Positions 1-10,731 of a stretch of DNA of 64,000 nucleotides are shown piece after piece. The position numbers were made by a program, and so were the translations under genes. Numbering within the stretch: position 1 is the first letter of the stretch; the number at the start of each line of letters is the position of its first letter. Origin of the DNA: a virus (taxonomy: Duplodnaviria; Heunggongvirae; Uroviricota; Caudoviricetes). The notes under the pieces are model-generated. The model was not told where the DNA came from. It worked only from the letters and a program-made list of their open reading frames with translations, and made no database searches. The stretch is taken from IMG/VR virus record IMGVR_UViG_3300046047_000272; one strand, given 5' to 3'.

Positions 1-106
1 CTACGGTCAACGACAGGCTACCGACTGTCGTCTGAGCGGCGGTAGGCCACATGGCGTCTATGCAAGGACGATTCAGCTCTCTTGATCTGCGACCATGACG
101 CTAAGA

Positions 107-448
107 CTAATGCCGCCAGTGCAGAGCATCCATGAGATCAATGTCTTCTCCTGGGGTAGCACCATCGACGAGTATCCAATCATAATGATAATGATCATCA
201 ATGGTGAGGTAGAGCACGTCGCCATTCGTGAAGACGAAGGTCAATCCTTCCGGGATGATCGTTGGCTCGCGCTCATTGACCATCTTATCCTCGGCCTCAT
301 TCAAGAGCCTATCCAGCGTCGTGGTGTAATGCATCCAACCGACCCTGACGACATCTTGCTCTTGATGGCCATTCTTAGTGATGACTACTCGTAGGTACTC
401 GTCTAATGGAATGACTCGACCATAGATCTTATCAGCAGTTTTCATCAC
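107..448 (-). CDS. hypothetical protein, tandem paralog of 562..915
   Basis: Shares PLDEYLR..RVGW.HYTTTLDRL..EA.DKMVNE.EP..IPEGLTFVFTNGDVL with the next ORF; GAGAGG RBS upstream. Confidence 0.8.
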   Translation of the reverse strand: MMKTADKIYGRVIPLDEYLRVVITKNGHQEQDVVRVGWMHYTTTLDRLLNEAEDKMVNEREPTIIPEGLTFVFTNGDVLYLTIDDHYHYDWILVDGATPGEDIDLMDALHWRH

Positions 449-491
449 AGGCCTCTCTCAATTGCACTACACGTTTTTTGTTGATATAAGC

Positions 492-520
492 ATCATATCA
501 TACACATGAATGAGACACGC
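492..520 (-). promoter_or_regulatory. GCGTGTC-N16-TATGAT promoter
   Basis: GACACGC at 514-520 and ATCATA at 492-497 on +; same spacing at five other gene starts. Confidence 0.65.
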
Positions 521-561
521 CGAATCACCATGATCATCATTGATCAGGGTAATGGTTATCC

Positions 562-915
562 TCATGACGCCCAGTTCAGAACGTCCATGAGATCAATGTC
601 CTTTCCTGTGCCCGCCCCCTTGACGACCATCCATTCAGGATGCTCGTTATCATACTGATCAGTAGTATGCGTTAGGAACAATACGTCCCCATTTGTGAAG
701 ACGAAGGTCAATCCTTCTGGTATGAGCATTGGTTCGTGCTCATTGACCATCTTATCCTTAGCCTCCTTCATGAGCCTATCCAGAGTCGTGGTGTAATGAT
801 TCCAACCGACTCTAATGACATCCTTCTCCTGGTAGTCATTATCGGAGATAATGGACCGCAGATACTCGTCCAATGGTAGCACATGACCGCCTATTTCGTA
901 TCCATACTTATCCAT
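562..915 (-). CDS. hypothetical protein, tandem paralog of 107..448
   Basis: Start moved from 1077 to ATG 915 (AGGAG RBS 7 nt upstream), matching the paralog length. Confidence 0.8.
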   Translation of the reverse strand: MDKYGYEIGGHVLPLDEYLRSIISDNDYQEKDVIRVGWNHYTTTLDRLMKEAKDKMVNEHEPMLIPEGLTFVFTNGDVLFLTHTTDQYDNEHPEWMVVKGAGTGKDIDLMDVLNWAS

Positions 916-955
916 GATCATTCTCCTCTTCCTCATAATGGGTTTTATAATGATC

Positions 956-984
956 ATCCTATCATATAGATACATGAGACACGC
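956..984 (-). promoter_or_regulatory. GCGTGTC-N16-TAGGAT promoter
   Basis: GACACGC 978-984, ATCCTA 956-961; region duplicated with 492-556. Confidence 0.65.
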
Positions 985-1336
985 CGGATCACCATGATCA
1001 TCATTGATCAGGGTAATGGTGAAAGAATGTGTGGAAGGCCGGAGGTGCTGTCCCGGGCACCGCCCTTCTTTACGCAACGATTATCAGACATCAGGTATTT
1101 CAACCTAGGATTCATCCGCTGCATCCCTCGCTAAGGCCTTGCAATGCCGAGTAGCTTCATGCTGTGTGCATTCACGCGATGAATTTCGATGCCCTATCCG
1201 TCGCAACCAACAAGAATGACTATACGTGGCCGCGGTCATCATGTCAACACGGCGTGTCGTCATACGCAGATCATGATAGATCAGACAATAGCCCCATATG
1301 ATGTGGTGGATGGCCCTCAGCCACCTCTCAGACGCA

Positions 1337-2418
1337 CAGAACCGCCGGTCTATCGGATGTAGAGCTAGTACTAGTATAATTACTGATCCTCGTGGCTGCG
1401 TCCGAGGACGGCGGCATAGAATCATTATTAGAGGAATGGTTACATCTTTCATCATCTCATCAATCGCTTGTCATGAGATCAGGGACGGTCTATTATTGTG
1501 TGGAGGATATGACGATAGTCCTATGAGTGAGGATTAATGACGATGGGTCTAGTGATGATGACTAGCGTATGTCCATGTCCAGGGGTGATGTGAGCAGGAG
1601 CTTGCTGTGTGGTTGCTCCTGCTGGATGGATGGACGCTCCTGCAAAGCGTATTCCTAGGATATGCTTCCTCTTGGACACGGTTTATCGTTGCAGTGCCGC
1701 GGTTCCTGAAAATCACTTCTGCACGCTAAAACATGATGTTCTCCACTAGTTCTACGGGGCCAATGGACTCGCTGATCATTGCCATTCCATGCCTCTCACG
1801 TAATCTGTGTTCTCGTCACTGAGGATGACCATATGATCGTGTTGAGAGGCACAGAACCGCCGGTCTATAGGATGCAGAGCCAGTACTAGTATAAAATTAC
1901 TGATCCTCGTAGCAGCGTCCTAGGACGGCGGCTTAGCATCACGTCTATGGGTAGGTTCATATAATGATCCGCTTGGATTGATTCATCATACTAGGAATAG
2001 GAGCGGGATTGCCTATCATTATCATTGAGGTGCTGCTTAGGGTATCATTGAGGTGCTGCTTAGGGTATCATTGAGGGTCAGTGACGGAGTGGGCCCTCGT
2101 GGCTGGGCGCTCCTGCAGAGCGTATTCCTAGGATATGCTTCCTCGTGCACACGCTCTATCGTTGCGATGCCGCGGTTCCTGAAAATCGCTTCTGCACTCT
2201 AGAACATGATGTTATCCACTAGTTCTAAGGAGCCATTGACCCTGATAATTGTTGCAGCTTCGTGGTTCTAGCATGATCTGCATCCTCGTCGCTGAGGAAT
2301 GACGGTGAGATCGTGTTGAGACGCTCAGAACCGCCGGTCTAACAGCCGCAGACCCCGTATCCGTGTAATTATTGATCCTAGCAACTCGATCCGAGGACGG
2401 CGGCTTAGCGTCACGTCT
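1337..2418 (+). repeat. A/B modular repeat locus 1: A-linker-B-A-linker-B-A
   Basis: A (cagaaccgccggtct...cggcgg) at 1337, 1852, 2326; B (cgctcc...agcgtattcctaggatatgcttcctc...) at 1635, 2108. Confidence 0.95.
2021..2076 (+). repeat. 23-bp tandem repeat (about 2.4 copies) inside a linker
   Basis: atcattgaggtgctgcttagggt twice, then atcattgagg. Confidence 0.9.
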
Positions 2419-2560
2419 GTCAATAGCGTGAGTACATATCGTAGAGATAGCTTCACTGAGCGGATATGATGCTTATATGGTATTATGATCATTGTGAGGA
2501 ATGCGTAATCGTACGACCATGATGTCTTGACTGAGCTGAGAACAATGAAGGAGCGTTGAG

Positions 2561-3034
2561 ATGAGTAAGATTTTCGTCGCGTTGCATCGTCCTGATCTTA
2601 GGGATGATGCTATGATTGATGTCTTCATCGCTGGTGGCATATCAAATTGCGCTGATTGGCAGTCCACAGCGATGCGTGAACTCGATGGTGACGATGATGT
2701 GATCATCATGAATCCAAGGCGTCAGACAGGATTCGCTAAGACGGGTTCTTCCGCCGCTCAGCAGATTGCCTGGGAGCATGAGTATCTGAGTAAGGCGCGA
2801 TGCATTCTCTTCTGGTTCCCGGCATCAAGTATCTGTCCAATAACGTTATACGAGCTTGGCTGGGCTATATCACAACCAGGAAAGAAGATCATCGTTGGCT
2901 ATGAGCCTGGATATGCTCGATCCTTCGATATTCTCACGCAGCTTCACCTAGCCGCACCATCGATTCATGTTCACGATGATTTGCAGGATGTCCTTCAGGA
3001 GACGAAGGATTACCTCTCGTCTACGCATCGTTGA
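2561..3034 (+). CDS. nucleoside 2-deoxyribosyltransferase-like protein
   Basis: FIAGGI..C.DWQ, NPRR, QIAWE..YL, ILFWFP, PITLYELG motifs. Confidence 0.8.
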   Translation: MSKIFVALHRPDLRDDAMIDVFIAGGISNCADWQSTAMRELDGDDDVIIMNPRRQTGFAKTGSSAAQQIAWEHEYLSKARCILFWFPASSICPITLYELGWAISQPGKKIIVGYEPGYARSFDILTQLHLAAPSIHVHDDLQDVLQETKDYLSSTHR

Positions 3035-3092
3035 TGATCGCGAGTTAACCGTCGGCAAGCGTGCCACCAATATGTACAAAGAAGGAGTCATC

Positions 3093-3650
3093 ATGCAGGA
3101 TCGTTATGTTATTTTTGATTTAGAGGCCTCATGTGATCATGATAATTCGACAATGACGATGGAGACCATCGAGATTGGCGCCGTGGACACTGAAGGCCAT
3201 GTCTTCGATAGTTTCGTGAAGCCGATCGTCAATCCTATCCTCACTGACTATTGTCAAGATCTGACGTCTATCACGCAGGCTGATGTTGACGCTGCTGAGA
3301 CGTTTCCACATGTCTGGCCGTCGTTCCTCGATTTCGTCGGATCATCTCCGATGCTGTCATGGGGTGCCTATGATCGTCGACAGCTCTTATCAGACCTCCA
3401 CTTGCATCACATCACGGAGGGTGTGGATGTGGTCAATCATCAGCATATGAACCTGAAGGATTATTATCGTGTAATCATGCATCGAAGGGCTAAGGGCATG
3501 GACGCTGAGCTGAGAAGATTACAGTTGCCATTAGATGGTGTCCATCATAGGGGCGTTGATGACGCGAAGAATCTGTTGAAGATCTTCAACTATCTCCTCG
3601 ACCGGTCTCACGGCGAGCTGCCAGATCGTCTTGAGATGGAAAGACCTTGA
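3093..3650 (+). CDS. DEDDh 3'-5' exonuclease (ERI-1/KapD-like)
   Basis: IFDLEASC, IEIGAV, FVKP..NPILT..C..LT.ITQ.DVD.A, WG.YD, HHRGVDDA; AAGGAG RBS before ATG 3093. Confidence 0.9.
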   Translation: MQDRYVIFDLEASCDHDNSTMTMETIEIGAVDTEGHVFDSFVKPIVNPILTDYCQDLTSITQADVDAAETFPHVWPSFLDFVGSSPMLSWGAYDRRQLLSDLHLHHITEGVDVVNHQHMNLKDYYRVIMHRRAKGMDAELRRLQLPLDGVHHRGVDDAKNLLKIFNYLLDRSHGELPDRLEMERP

Positions 3651-3870
3651 CGTTATGATCGGTGGTGTACTGACATGGCCGTCAGTGCGTTAGCTCTATC
3701 GAGCCAGTCTGACGTAAGGTCAACTGTTAGAAGATGAGGTGCATCCTTATCAGTACTATCTTACGAGATGATCATATCAAGACGACGTGTCTAATCCATG
3801 ATTGAGGTGTGGTCGAATCGTCATCTATCGATATCTTGTCAATAGGATAGATAAGCGATAGGAGTATACG

Positions 3871-4350
3871 ATGATGATTAGTGTTAGTGTCCTCATGACG
3901 GTTGGCTGCATGATGGTCATCCTTGCAGCCATGGCTATCATGGTTGAGCGGCCACGGTCTATCGGATCTTATATAGTGAGTTGGCTCACGATCATAGGAT
4001 CAATCGTCTGGTTGGCGAGCACAATGATGATCATCACCGATCCATTGAAGACGAATGTGAGCATTCCTGTGGCACTCATCAGTATCATAGGAGGATTAGC
4101 CTTCATGATGGCTGGTGTCGTCTTCATCATCATTGGCTGTCTCGCCATAGGATCAACCACGATGATCATGCATCGTTCACGAGAATCGAGTCATCAGTCA
4201 GCTTCCCGTTGGCTCCGAGCTATGATGATGCAAGCATTAGAAGTATGCGATCACCCCAGATCATATCATGTCGTTGACGCGGCGGCCTTCTATGACACCT
4301 ATGGTGACATCACAATCACGCAGTGGGTTCGTCGGGGATTATCAGCATAA
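3871..4350 (+). CDS. membrane protein
   Basis: Three hydrophobic segments; AGGAG RBS. Confidence 0.65.
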   Translation: MMISVSVLMTVGCMMVILAAMAIMVERPRSIGSYIVSWLTIIGSIVWLASTMMIITDPLKTNVSIPVALISIIGGLAFMMAGVVFIIIGCLAIGSTTMIMHRSRESSHQSASRWLRAMMMQALEVCDHPRSYHVVDAAAFYDTYGDITITQWVRRGLSA

Positions 4351-4559
4351 TAGTGATGGTGTCAGCATTCTCGGTATAATCATCACATAGGCGTTTATTG
4401 GAGAGTATCAATCACATGGATACGATGATCATCATTGGATCAGTAGCTATTATGTTGAACATCATGGCCTTAGCATGGCTATGCCTTACGGCTTATCGAT
4501 GCCATAAGGATACGATTCATCATGTATCGTGATGAGCTCTATGTTTGATTTGATGATTG

Positions 4560-5620
4560 TTAATGCATATTAGACACGATCTGGTCGATGTGATAATTGA
4601 TCCTCGACAAGGTTGACCGATCCGAGCTGATCGTCATATGATCCTGATTCAACGTGACGAGTTGATCGTGCATATGGACAAGATGTCCAAGCATATCTCT
4701 CATACTTTTGATCACAATTGTTGACTTAGTATCGAGAGCATGATCGTGGGCATTCATAAGATCGTGTTGAAGGATCTTAATATCGTCCTTTGTGGCATCA
4801 TTCAATCCAATATTATCGATGAGTTGAAGATTGTCGTGAATTAGGTCAAGGCATTGATGATAGATGTCATCACTATGATTCCCATGATCAGCGAGTCTAG
4901 TAATGACCTCGTCTTTCCTAAGATCGTATTCTGGATTCAATGATGATAATCTCTTACGAGCAATGATAAAGAAACGATTCACGATAATGTCGATTTGGTC
5001 ATGCGATAATGCTATTGGTGACCATATGGTCAGATCCTGTAGATCGTGCTGGCGTGAATGATACTCGTATCCAAAATCATGTAGATCTGTCTCTCTAATA
5101 TGAAGATGATCCGAGGTGTCCTGAGCATTCATCGTTGAGATAATAACGGTCTGTTCCTGATGCTGATCATTAAGAACGGTCTGCGTGGTGATATAGTCCT
5201 GAACGATGGTGTCATCCCTGGCGATATTATCCATTATGGTAATTGATGTCATCATGAGTATCCCAGGAAGCAGGAAGATGAAAGACGGTAATGCTGTTAG
5301 TCCAGCAAATATTGGTATGAATGCGCCTAATAGGGAGACGTCATAGATATAACCACGCCTACAGCAGGTATCAGGGAATCACCCCAGCGTCCATATGACC
5401 GTATGATCTTCAATAAATATCGGCCTTTTCTATGAGCCATCATCCAGGTCATGAATCGTGACGTTCTAGAAGAAATCTTAGATTTCATCCAACGCCAGAT
5501 CGTATTGGTCTTATTGTTCTTACTATGGATGATTTTCTTCCGAGAATCCTCAGATATAGACGAATACGCTATTCTTTGTTGTCCAGTCAACACTTGGTGT
5601 AATTGTTGTAATGCGGACAT
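4560..5620 (-). pseudogene. frameshifted member of the variable-TM paralog family
   Basis: 5327..5620 has the family N-terminus (AYSSISEDSRK) and 4560..5255 the C-terminus (ITTQTVLNDQHQEQTVIISTM, LTIWSPI); one extra C near 5333 would fuse them through a hydrophobic segment; may be a sequencing indel. Confidence 0.75.
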
Positions 5621-5646
5621 AGACGTCTCCTCTCCTATGGTTATGT

Positions 5647-6741
5647 TTATCCGTGTACTGCTGACGGTAAGGCAACATCATCTAATAGGTTGTCTATTTG
5701 GCGGTTCATGAGTGATAGATGTGATTGAGCATCATGGATGGACGTGTAATCCTCATTCAAAATGAGAAGTTTCTCATTCATAGACTGGAGTGTGTCCCTC
5801 ATGCGTTCTAATTCACGAAGAGTAATCGTTGAGGACATGTTCAGACCATGAGTATTAGCATCACTAAGACACTCGGTGACGACATTGAGATGCTCGCGCA
5901 GTGATTGCTGATCAAGGTGGTCAATCATCCTTCGATTATCAATGATGAGAGCAACGCATTGATCGTATACCGGTGAGCGTTCGTCAACGGGAAGATTCTT
6001 ACTGACCTGTTGATAATGACGAATATCGTATTTGACGTCTAATGAGGACAGGCGACGCTGCATGGTGATAGCATCTCGTTCTGACAATACCCCTATCTGA
6101 TCCTCGGTCAACGGTGTTGGTGACCAGATAGTCAATGGTTGTGTATCGTATTTCGTTCCACTGTAACTATGACCGATGGCCTCTAACGATGCCTCTGGTA
6201 TACCAAGATGCTGAGCAGTGTCCTTAGCCGTCATGGTTGATACGATGACGGTATGCTCGTGCTGCTGGTCGTCATGAACGATATGCGTGGTGATATGAGA
6301 TTGAAGGAGCGCTTGATCAAGAAGAAGATTAGTAAGATAGGGTATCAGAAACACAATGAAAGACGGCATCATCAGAGGAATGATGTAACACATAATCATA
6401 AAACCGATACTGTCCGTATTATGAATAAGCGATAACGGAATGATCATACCAGATATAACCAAGACTATAGCAACTGGCGTAGCGACAAGATTGACATAGT
6501 CTAATGCTTTCTTATGATGCAATAAGCCACATAGTCTACGAAACCATCGATGCTTAAGCCGTTTCGATACGTGTCGTTCATATAACTGCTTCACCATTAC
6601 GGATAATCGTGATAGTCCAGTCTTCTTCTGACGATCTGTCAACGTATTTTTACGTGATTCATCAGATATCGATGAGTAGATAACGCTAGGCGTGTCACTA
6701 ATGGTCTGCTCAGCTAAGCGTTTCCGTTCCTGATTATTCAT
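5647..6741 (-). CDS. variable-TM paralog family membrane protein
   Basis: Basic N-terminus, 2 TM, HITTH..HDD.QHEHT.IVSTM, LTIWSP, LLILNEDY motifs shared with 41230-46696. Confidence 0.85.
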   Translation of the reverse strand: MNNQERKRLAEQTISDTPSVIYSSISDESRKNTLTDRQKKTGLSRLSVMVKQLYERHVSKRLKHRWFRRLCGLLHHKKALDYVNLVATPVAIVLVISGMIIPLSLIHNTDSIGFMIMCYIIPLMMPSFIVFLIPYLTNLLLDQALLQSHITTHIVHDDQQHEHTVIVSTMTAKDTAQHLGIPEASLEAIGHSYSGTKYDTQPLTIWSPTPLTEDQIGVLSERDAITMQRRLSSLDVKYDIRHYQQVSKNLPVDERSPVYDQCVALIIDNRRMIDHLDQQSLREHLNVVTECLSDANTHGLNMSSTITLRELERMRDTLQSMNEKLLILNEDYTSIHDAQSHLSLMNRQIDNLLDDVALPSAVHG

Positions 6742-6756
6742 ATGGCCCTTCTCTCA

Positions 6757-7296
6757 TTAGTCATGACTAAGATCATCCCCATCCTCAGTAACGATCAACC
6801 GGATCATCACACGATGACGATCATTACACCAGATTGACTTAATATCATCCCACGTGTAAGCCTTTGATGATCCAACGGCAGCCCACTCGTCATCATCACC
6901 GTTGAACGTTCGCTCGATCGCGTACTCTGAATACGATCCCGCTGGCTGCAATCTCTGGACGCTGATGACGTAAATGCCGTTAGCCTCTGGTTCATCCATG
7001 TCTGGAAGCAATGGTATTGGCTGATAATCAGATGGCTTTGGAATCATATCGTCAAGATACGTGGTGTTCGCACGGCGGAGGACAGCGTTCACGGACTCGA
7101 CGTACATGTCTAATCCGTATTCCTCCGTTAGCGTGTCCACCATCCGTGGCCAATCAACGTCTTGTTCATAATGCTGATAGGCTGACCATGCACCAGGCAT
7201 ACCTGAAATCATGGTAGCGAACGAGCCATCATAATGCGTCACGATATAATCATGGCTACCATCTGGCTCGTTCTGCACGCGTAGTACATCTCTCAT
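6757..7296 (-). CDS. hypothetical protein
   Basis: 179 aa ORF with AGGAG RBS. Confidence 0.7.
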   Translation of the reverse strand: MRDVLRVQNEPDGSHDYIVTHYDGSFATMISGMPGAWSAYQHYEQDVDWPRMVDTLTEEYGLDMYVESVNAVLRRANTTYLDDMIPKPSDYQPIPLLPDMDEPEANGIYVISVQRLQPAGSYSEYAIERTFNGDDDEWAAVGSSKAYTWDDIKSIWCNDRHRVMIRLIVTEDGDDLSHD

Positions 7297-7367
7297 GAAT
7301 GACTCCTATCAGGTATCGTATATCATACGATTATACCACATCCTGACGAGTATGACGAGGAGCACTC

Positions 7368-7781
7368 TTAGAATTGGATTGGATTCGTGTACGCGGGAGG
7401 ATCAACAACGATAGCACCAAACATGCTATGACCCTCATATTGATTGCCGGAATATTCCCCATCGCCGTCATTGTCCTGATGACGGCGTACAACGAAGCTG
7501 TCGTAATATCTTACGCTATGACTATTGATCACGTCTGAAAGATCGGCGTCATCGTATCCGAAGCAGACGATGTCATCAGGACGACTATAAGAGGAGCCAT
7601 TAAGGTCATTATTATTTGGCGCCTTCCTCAGTATCTTGAGTCCTGCGAATTCATTAAGATAGGATTCATCATTGATGCACTCACAGAATTCTACATCGAG
7701 AGCATGACCCATCGCGGCCAGGAGACCCTTGATTCTTGGTTCATGATCCTCGATATTGAGTAGATCGTTAATGGTCAGCAT
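7368..7781 (-). CDS. hypothetical protein
   Basis: 137 aa ORF, AGGAGG RBS, motif promoter at 7811-7839. Confidence 0.75.
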   Translation of the reverse strand: MLTINDLLNIEDHEPRIKGLLAAMGHALDVEFCECINDESYLNEFAGLKILRKAPNNNDLNGSSYSRPDDIVCFGYDDADLSDVINSHSVRYYDSFVVRRHQDNDGDGEYSGNQYEGHSMFGAIVVDPPAYTNPIQF

Positions 7782-7810
7782 AATGATTCCTCCTAATGTG
7801 TACGATGATT

Positions 7811-7839
7811 ATCGTATCATCATATTCAGGAGGACACGC
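7811..7839 (-). promoter_or_regulatory. GCGTGTC-N16-TACGAT promoter
   Basis: GACACGC 7833-7839, ATCGTA 7811-7816. Confidence 0.65.
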
Positions 7840-7931
7840 TGGTTGGGTCACTTACTCATCTATGAATCATTTTCAAGATTGTGATACTATGACGTAATAG
7901 CATGCTATACAGCATATGTAGGAGAAAGGAC

Positions 7932-8843
7932 ATGATGACGTCTATTAGGAATGGCGAATCAGGTACTCATGATCGTCATAGCTTACGAGGATTCGCGTCC
8001 CGTCAATGGACGCTGATTAAGCAGTATTACGTGAAGGGCGAGCGATTCGAGGAGAGCCTGCTCATTGGATTAGCCATGCTTTTCTCAGTCATCTATGGTG
8101 TTGATGTGCTCATGCCAATGCCATCATGGGCTCACATCGTTCTACGAGTGCTGCTCGGTGTCATATGGAGTGTCTTCATTGCTGATTACATCATGTCGTG
8201 GATCGTCTCCGATAGAACGAGGAAATGGTTCCTATCATCAATCCTCGATTTATTATCAGCCATCCTACCCATGATGAGAGTCTTGAAACTTCTGCACTTT
8301 CTAACGGCCTTCAGACTGTTGAAACGCACATCAAACATTGCTTTTAGGAGTAAGTTGACTGTGTATGCTCTTACAGGAGCCTCAATGATTACATTCCTAG
8401 GATCACTGGCTGTATACGATGTTGAACGAGGAGCTACTGGTGCTCGTATCACATCATTTGGTAAGGTTATCTGGTGGTCATTCGTGACCATCACAACCGT
8501 TGGTTATGGCGATTACTATCCTGTGACGATTGTAGGAAAGATCATTGGCGTGATCCTCGTGCTCTGCGGACTGGTTCTTACAGGTATCATCACAGCGTCC
8601 TTAGCCTTATGGATTGTGAATGAGACGTCTCGTCGGGAATTGAAACATAATAAGAAGCTCATGAGTCATACTGATGAGAAGATCACTGCTCTTTCTCATG
8701 AGATCGCATCATTGAGACAAGTGATCATGGAGACGAGCATGGGGTCAGAGCATTCAGAGCATCTGACCCCATGTAAGCACGATCATGTATTAGATCATGA
8801 CGATGATCACACCCATCACGCCGAAAAGAATCCCGAAGATTGA
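7932..8843 (+). CDS. potassium channel family protein
   Basis: WWSFVTITTVGYGDYYP selectivity filter; multiple TM with S4-like RVLKL segment. Confidence 0.92.
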   Translation: MMTSIRNGESGTHDRHSLRGFASRQWTLIKQYYVKGERFEESLLIGLAMLFSVIYGVDVLMPMPSWAHIVLRVLLGVIWSVFIADYIMSWIVSDRTRKWFLSSILDLLSAILPMMRVLKLLHFLTAFRLLKRTSNIAFRSKLTVYALTGASMITFLGSLAVYDVERGATGARITSFGKVIWWSFVTITTVGYGDYYPVTIVGKIIGVILVLCGLVLTGIITASLALWIVNETSRRELKHNKKLMSHTDEKITALSHEIASLRQVIMETSMGSEHSEHLTPCKHDHVLDHDDDHTHHAEKNPED

Positions 8844-9161
8844 GAAGACGATGCCCCTACTCGTATGATGTCTCCTCATGGAGATGATGCTGATAGCTCC
8901 CAGCGCAATGGCCAAGGCAGACGCTCCTGAGAGCAATAAGAAGGATACGGCCGTGTAGACGATCATGCCATATAAGGATAACACGAGAGCACATAATCCT
9001 GCAACCATACTCAGCACAGCGATAAGACTGATCTTAGGTTTGATGGTTGATTCCACTGGTGTCGTGTCGACCTTCTTATTACTAGCTTCGATAACAGTAT
9101 GGCGTGGCTCCGCGTCCTCGTCTAATACGTCAAATGGTGATGGTATATGTTGATCGTTCAT
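8790..9161 (-). CDS. small membrane protein (DUF4190-like)
   Basis: Three TM; AIALGAISI.....SRG....GI..G pattern. Confidence 0.6.
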   Translation of the reverse strand: MNDQHIPSPFDVLDEDAEPRHTVIEASNKKVDTTPVESTIKPKISLIAVLSMVAGLCALVLSLYGMIVYTAVSFLLLSGASALAIALGAISIISMRRHHTSRGIVFSIFGILFGVMGVIIVMI

Positions 9162-9320
9162 AACAGTGTCCTTACTTGCCAGAGAATGATGATATTTCCT
9201 ACTTGGTAGATATCAGATCAAGGACAATGATCATGCCAAATAGCCAATCTAACTATCTAGTGATATAATGTTCTTAGTGACTACAATATACAAATCATTA
9301 CTAATTGGAGGAATGAAATC

Positions 9321-9347
9321 ATGAGCAACACGCTAACTCCTGATTAG
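9321..9347 (+). other. putative leader peptide MSNTLTPD
   Basis: GGAGG upstream; its 3' end (actcct..taggta) can pair with the RBS region of 9384 (tacttaaggagt). Confidence 0.45.
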
Positions 9348-9383
9348 GTATTTATTGTCTATCTACTTAAGGAGTAATGAATA

Positions 9384-10034
9384 ATGTCTAGAACTATCAA
9401 GGACACGCCATACCATGTAATTCATGACCGTGCTCGCGATGAGGACTATACTCGCAGATCAAATATCAACACTCGCTGGTACGGATCTGGACGATACACC
9501 ATGATGGTCATCAGCATTCCTGAGGATATGGATTACCTCATTCAGGATTGGTCTGATTGGATGCAGTCCATAGGACTCGATGTCTGCATACGTCGACATG
9601 AGCACACCGGATACGAGCGTCTCTTCCCTCGAATTCTCGTTACTAATCGTGCTGGACTAGCGTTCATGAATGATCTTGATGACGAAGATCGTCCAGAGCG
9701 TCGAGCACTTGACCCGAATATGGTGATTGACGCGACGAGTATGGTCACCAAGATCGAGGGACATGCTAAGCCCTCAGAGGACGATGAGCCCGCTGTTTAT
9801 GAGTCCGTTGATGTTAATGAGTATGCATTCATCGATCATGAACATCGCAAGGATCGACACGTCAACGCTGGTCTTATCCGCCGCTGGTACAAGGATGAAC
9901 GCTTCATGCCAGAACGATCAACCGTCAAGGATCATCTACGTCATGCTGTACTCAGATACAACGCGGATGAGGACCTTGATGACTGGGACGATGACCTAGT
10001 CAGTCAGAGGAAGCCATACGTCCTACGCTGGTGA
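9384..10034 (+). CDS. hypothetical protein (MSRTxKDxP start)
   Basis: 216 aa ORF, AAGGAG RBS, strong terminator downstream. Confidence 0.75.
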   Translation: MSRTIKDTPYHVIHDRARDEDYTRRSNINTRWYGSGRYTMMVISIPEDMDYLIQDWSDWMQSIGLDVCIRRHEHTGYERLFPRILVTNRAGLAFMNDLDDEDRPERRALDPNMVIDATSMVTKIEGHAKPSEDDEPAVYESVDVNEYAFIDHEHRKDRHVNAGLIRRWYKDERFMPERSTVKDHLRHAVLRYNADEDLDDWDDDLVSQRKPYVLRW

Positions 10035-10049
10035 CATGACCGCTTAATC

Positions 10050-10121
10050 AAGGCGCCAAATATGATATCTTATCGGGACTATGTGAGATAAGATATCATA
10101 TTTGGCGCCTTATCTTTTTTT
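10050..10121 (+). terminator. intrinsic terminator
   Basis: Perfect 25-bp inverted repeat 10050-10074/10087-10111 followed by T7. Confidence 0.9.
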
Positions 10122-10137
10122 ATGATCAACGTCATCT

Positions 10138-10713
10138 ACACCGTCATTCTCTGATGCTATACCAAGGATCAATAATTACTCGGACACAGGGTTCGAGTCC
10201 GTTAGACCGGCGGTTCTGAGCGTCTCAGTATGATCTCACCGTCATTCCTCAGCAACACATCCTCAGATCACATGAGAACCAGGGAATGGCAATGATTAGC
10301 AGGGTCAATGGCTCTGTAGAACCAGTGAAGAACATCATGCTCTAGTGTGCAGGAGTGATTTTCAGGAACCGCGGCACTGCAACGATAAACCGTGTCCACG
10401 AGGAAGCATATCCTAGGAATACGCTCTGCTGGAGCGCCCAGCCATCAGGCAGGAACGATCCCCCAGCACACTCCTGATCACATCACCAATGATCATGCAC
10501 CAGCGATCATGCATGACGCCCATCACCATGCACCACTGCCGTCATGATCACTTAGATAGAGACCCATATGATTGATGGATGTACGATTATGACAGTAGAC
10601 GCAAATATGCGTCCATCTCTAGATATGATGCTAAGCCGCCGTCCTCGGACGCTGCTACGAGGATCAGTAATTATACGGATACTGGGTCTGCGTCCGATAG
10701 ACCGGCGGTTCTG
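10138..10713 (-). repeat. A/B modular repeat locus 2: A-linker-B-A
   Basis: Reverse-complement A at 10636-10713, B starting at 10436, degenerate A starting at 10218. Confidence 0.95.
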
Positions 10714-10731
10714 TTGTCTCTGAATATCCTT

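Noticed and set aside
2202-2212. LexA/SOS box in module B (gaacatgatgtt)
   Set aside because: Spacing is N5 rather than GAAC-N4-GTTC and it is not conserved across copies.
1337-2418. CRISPR array interpretation of the A/B repeats
   Set aside because: Repeats are 73-300 bp with 170-220 bp linkers, at most 3 per locus, and no cas genes are present.
10180-10203. GGGTTCGAGTCC resembling a tRNA/tmRNA T-arm
   Set aside because: The T-stem pairs for only 2 bp, there is no cloverleaf or CCA end, and it lies in a degenerate A module.
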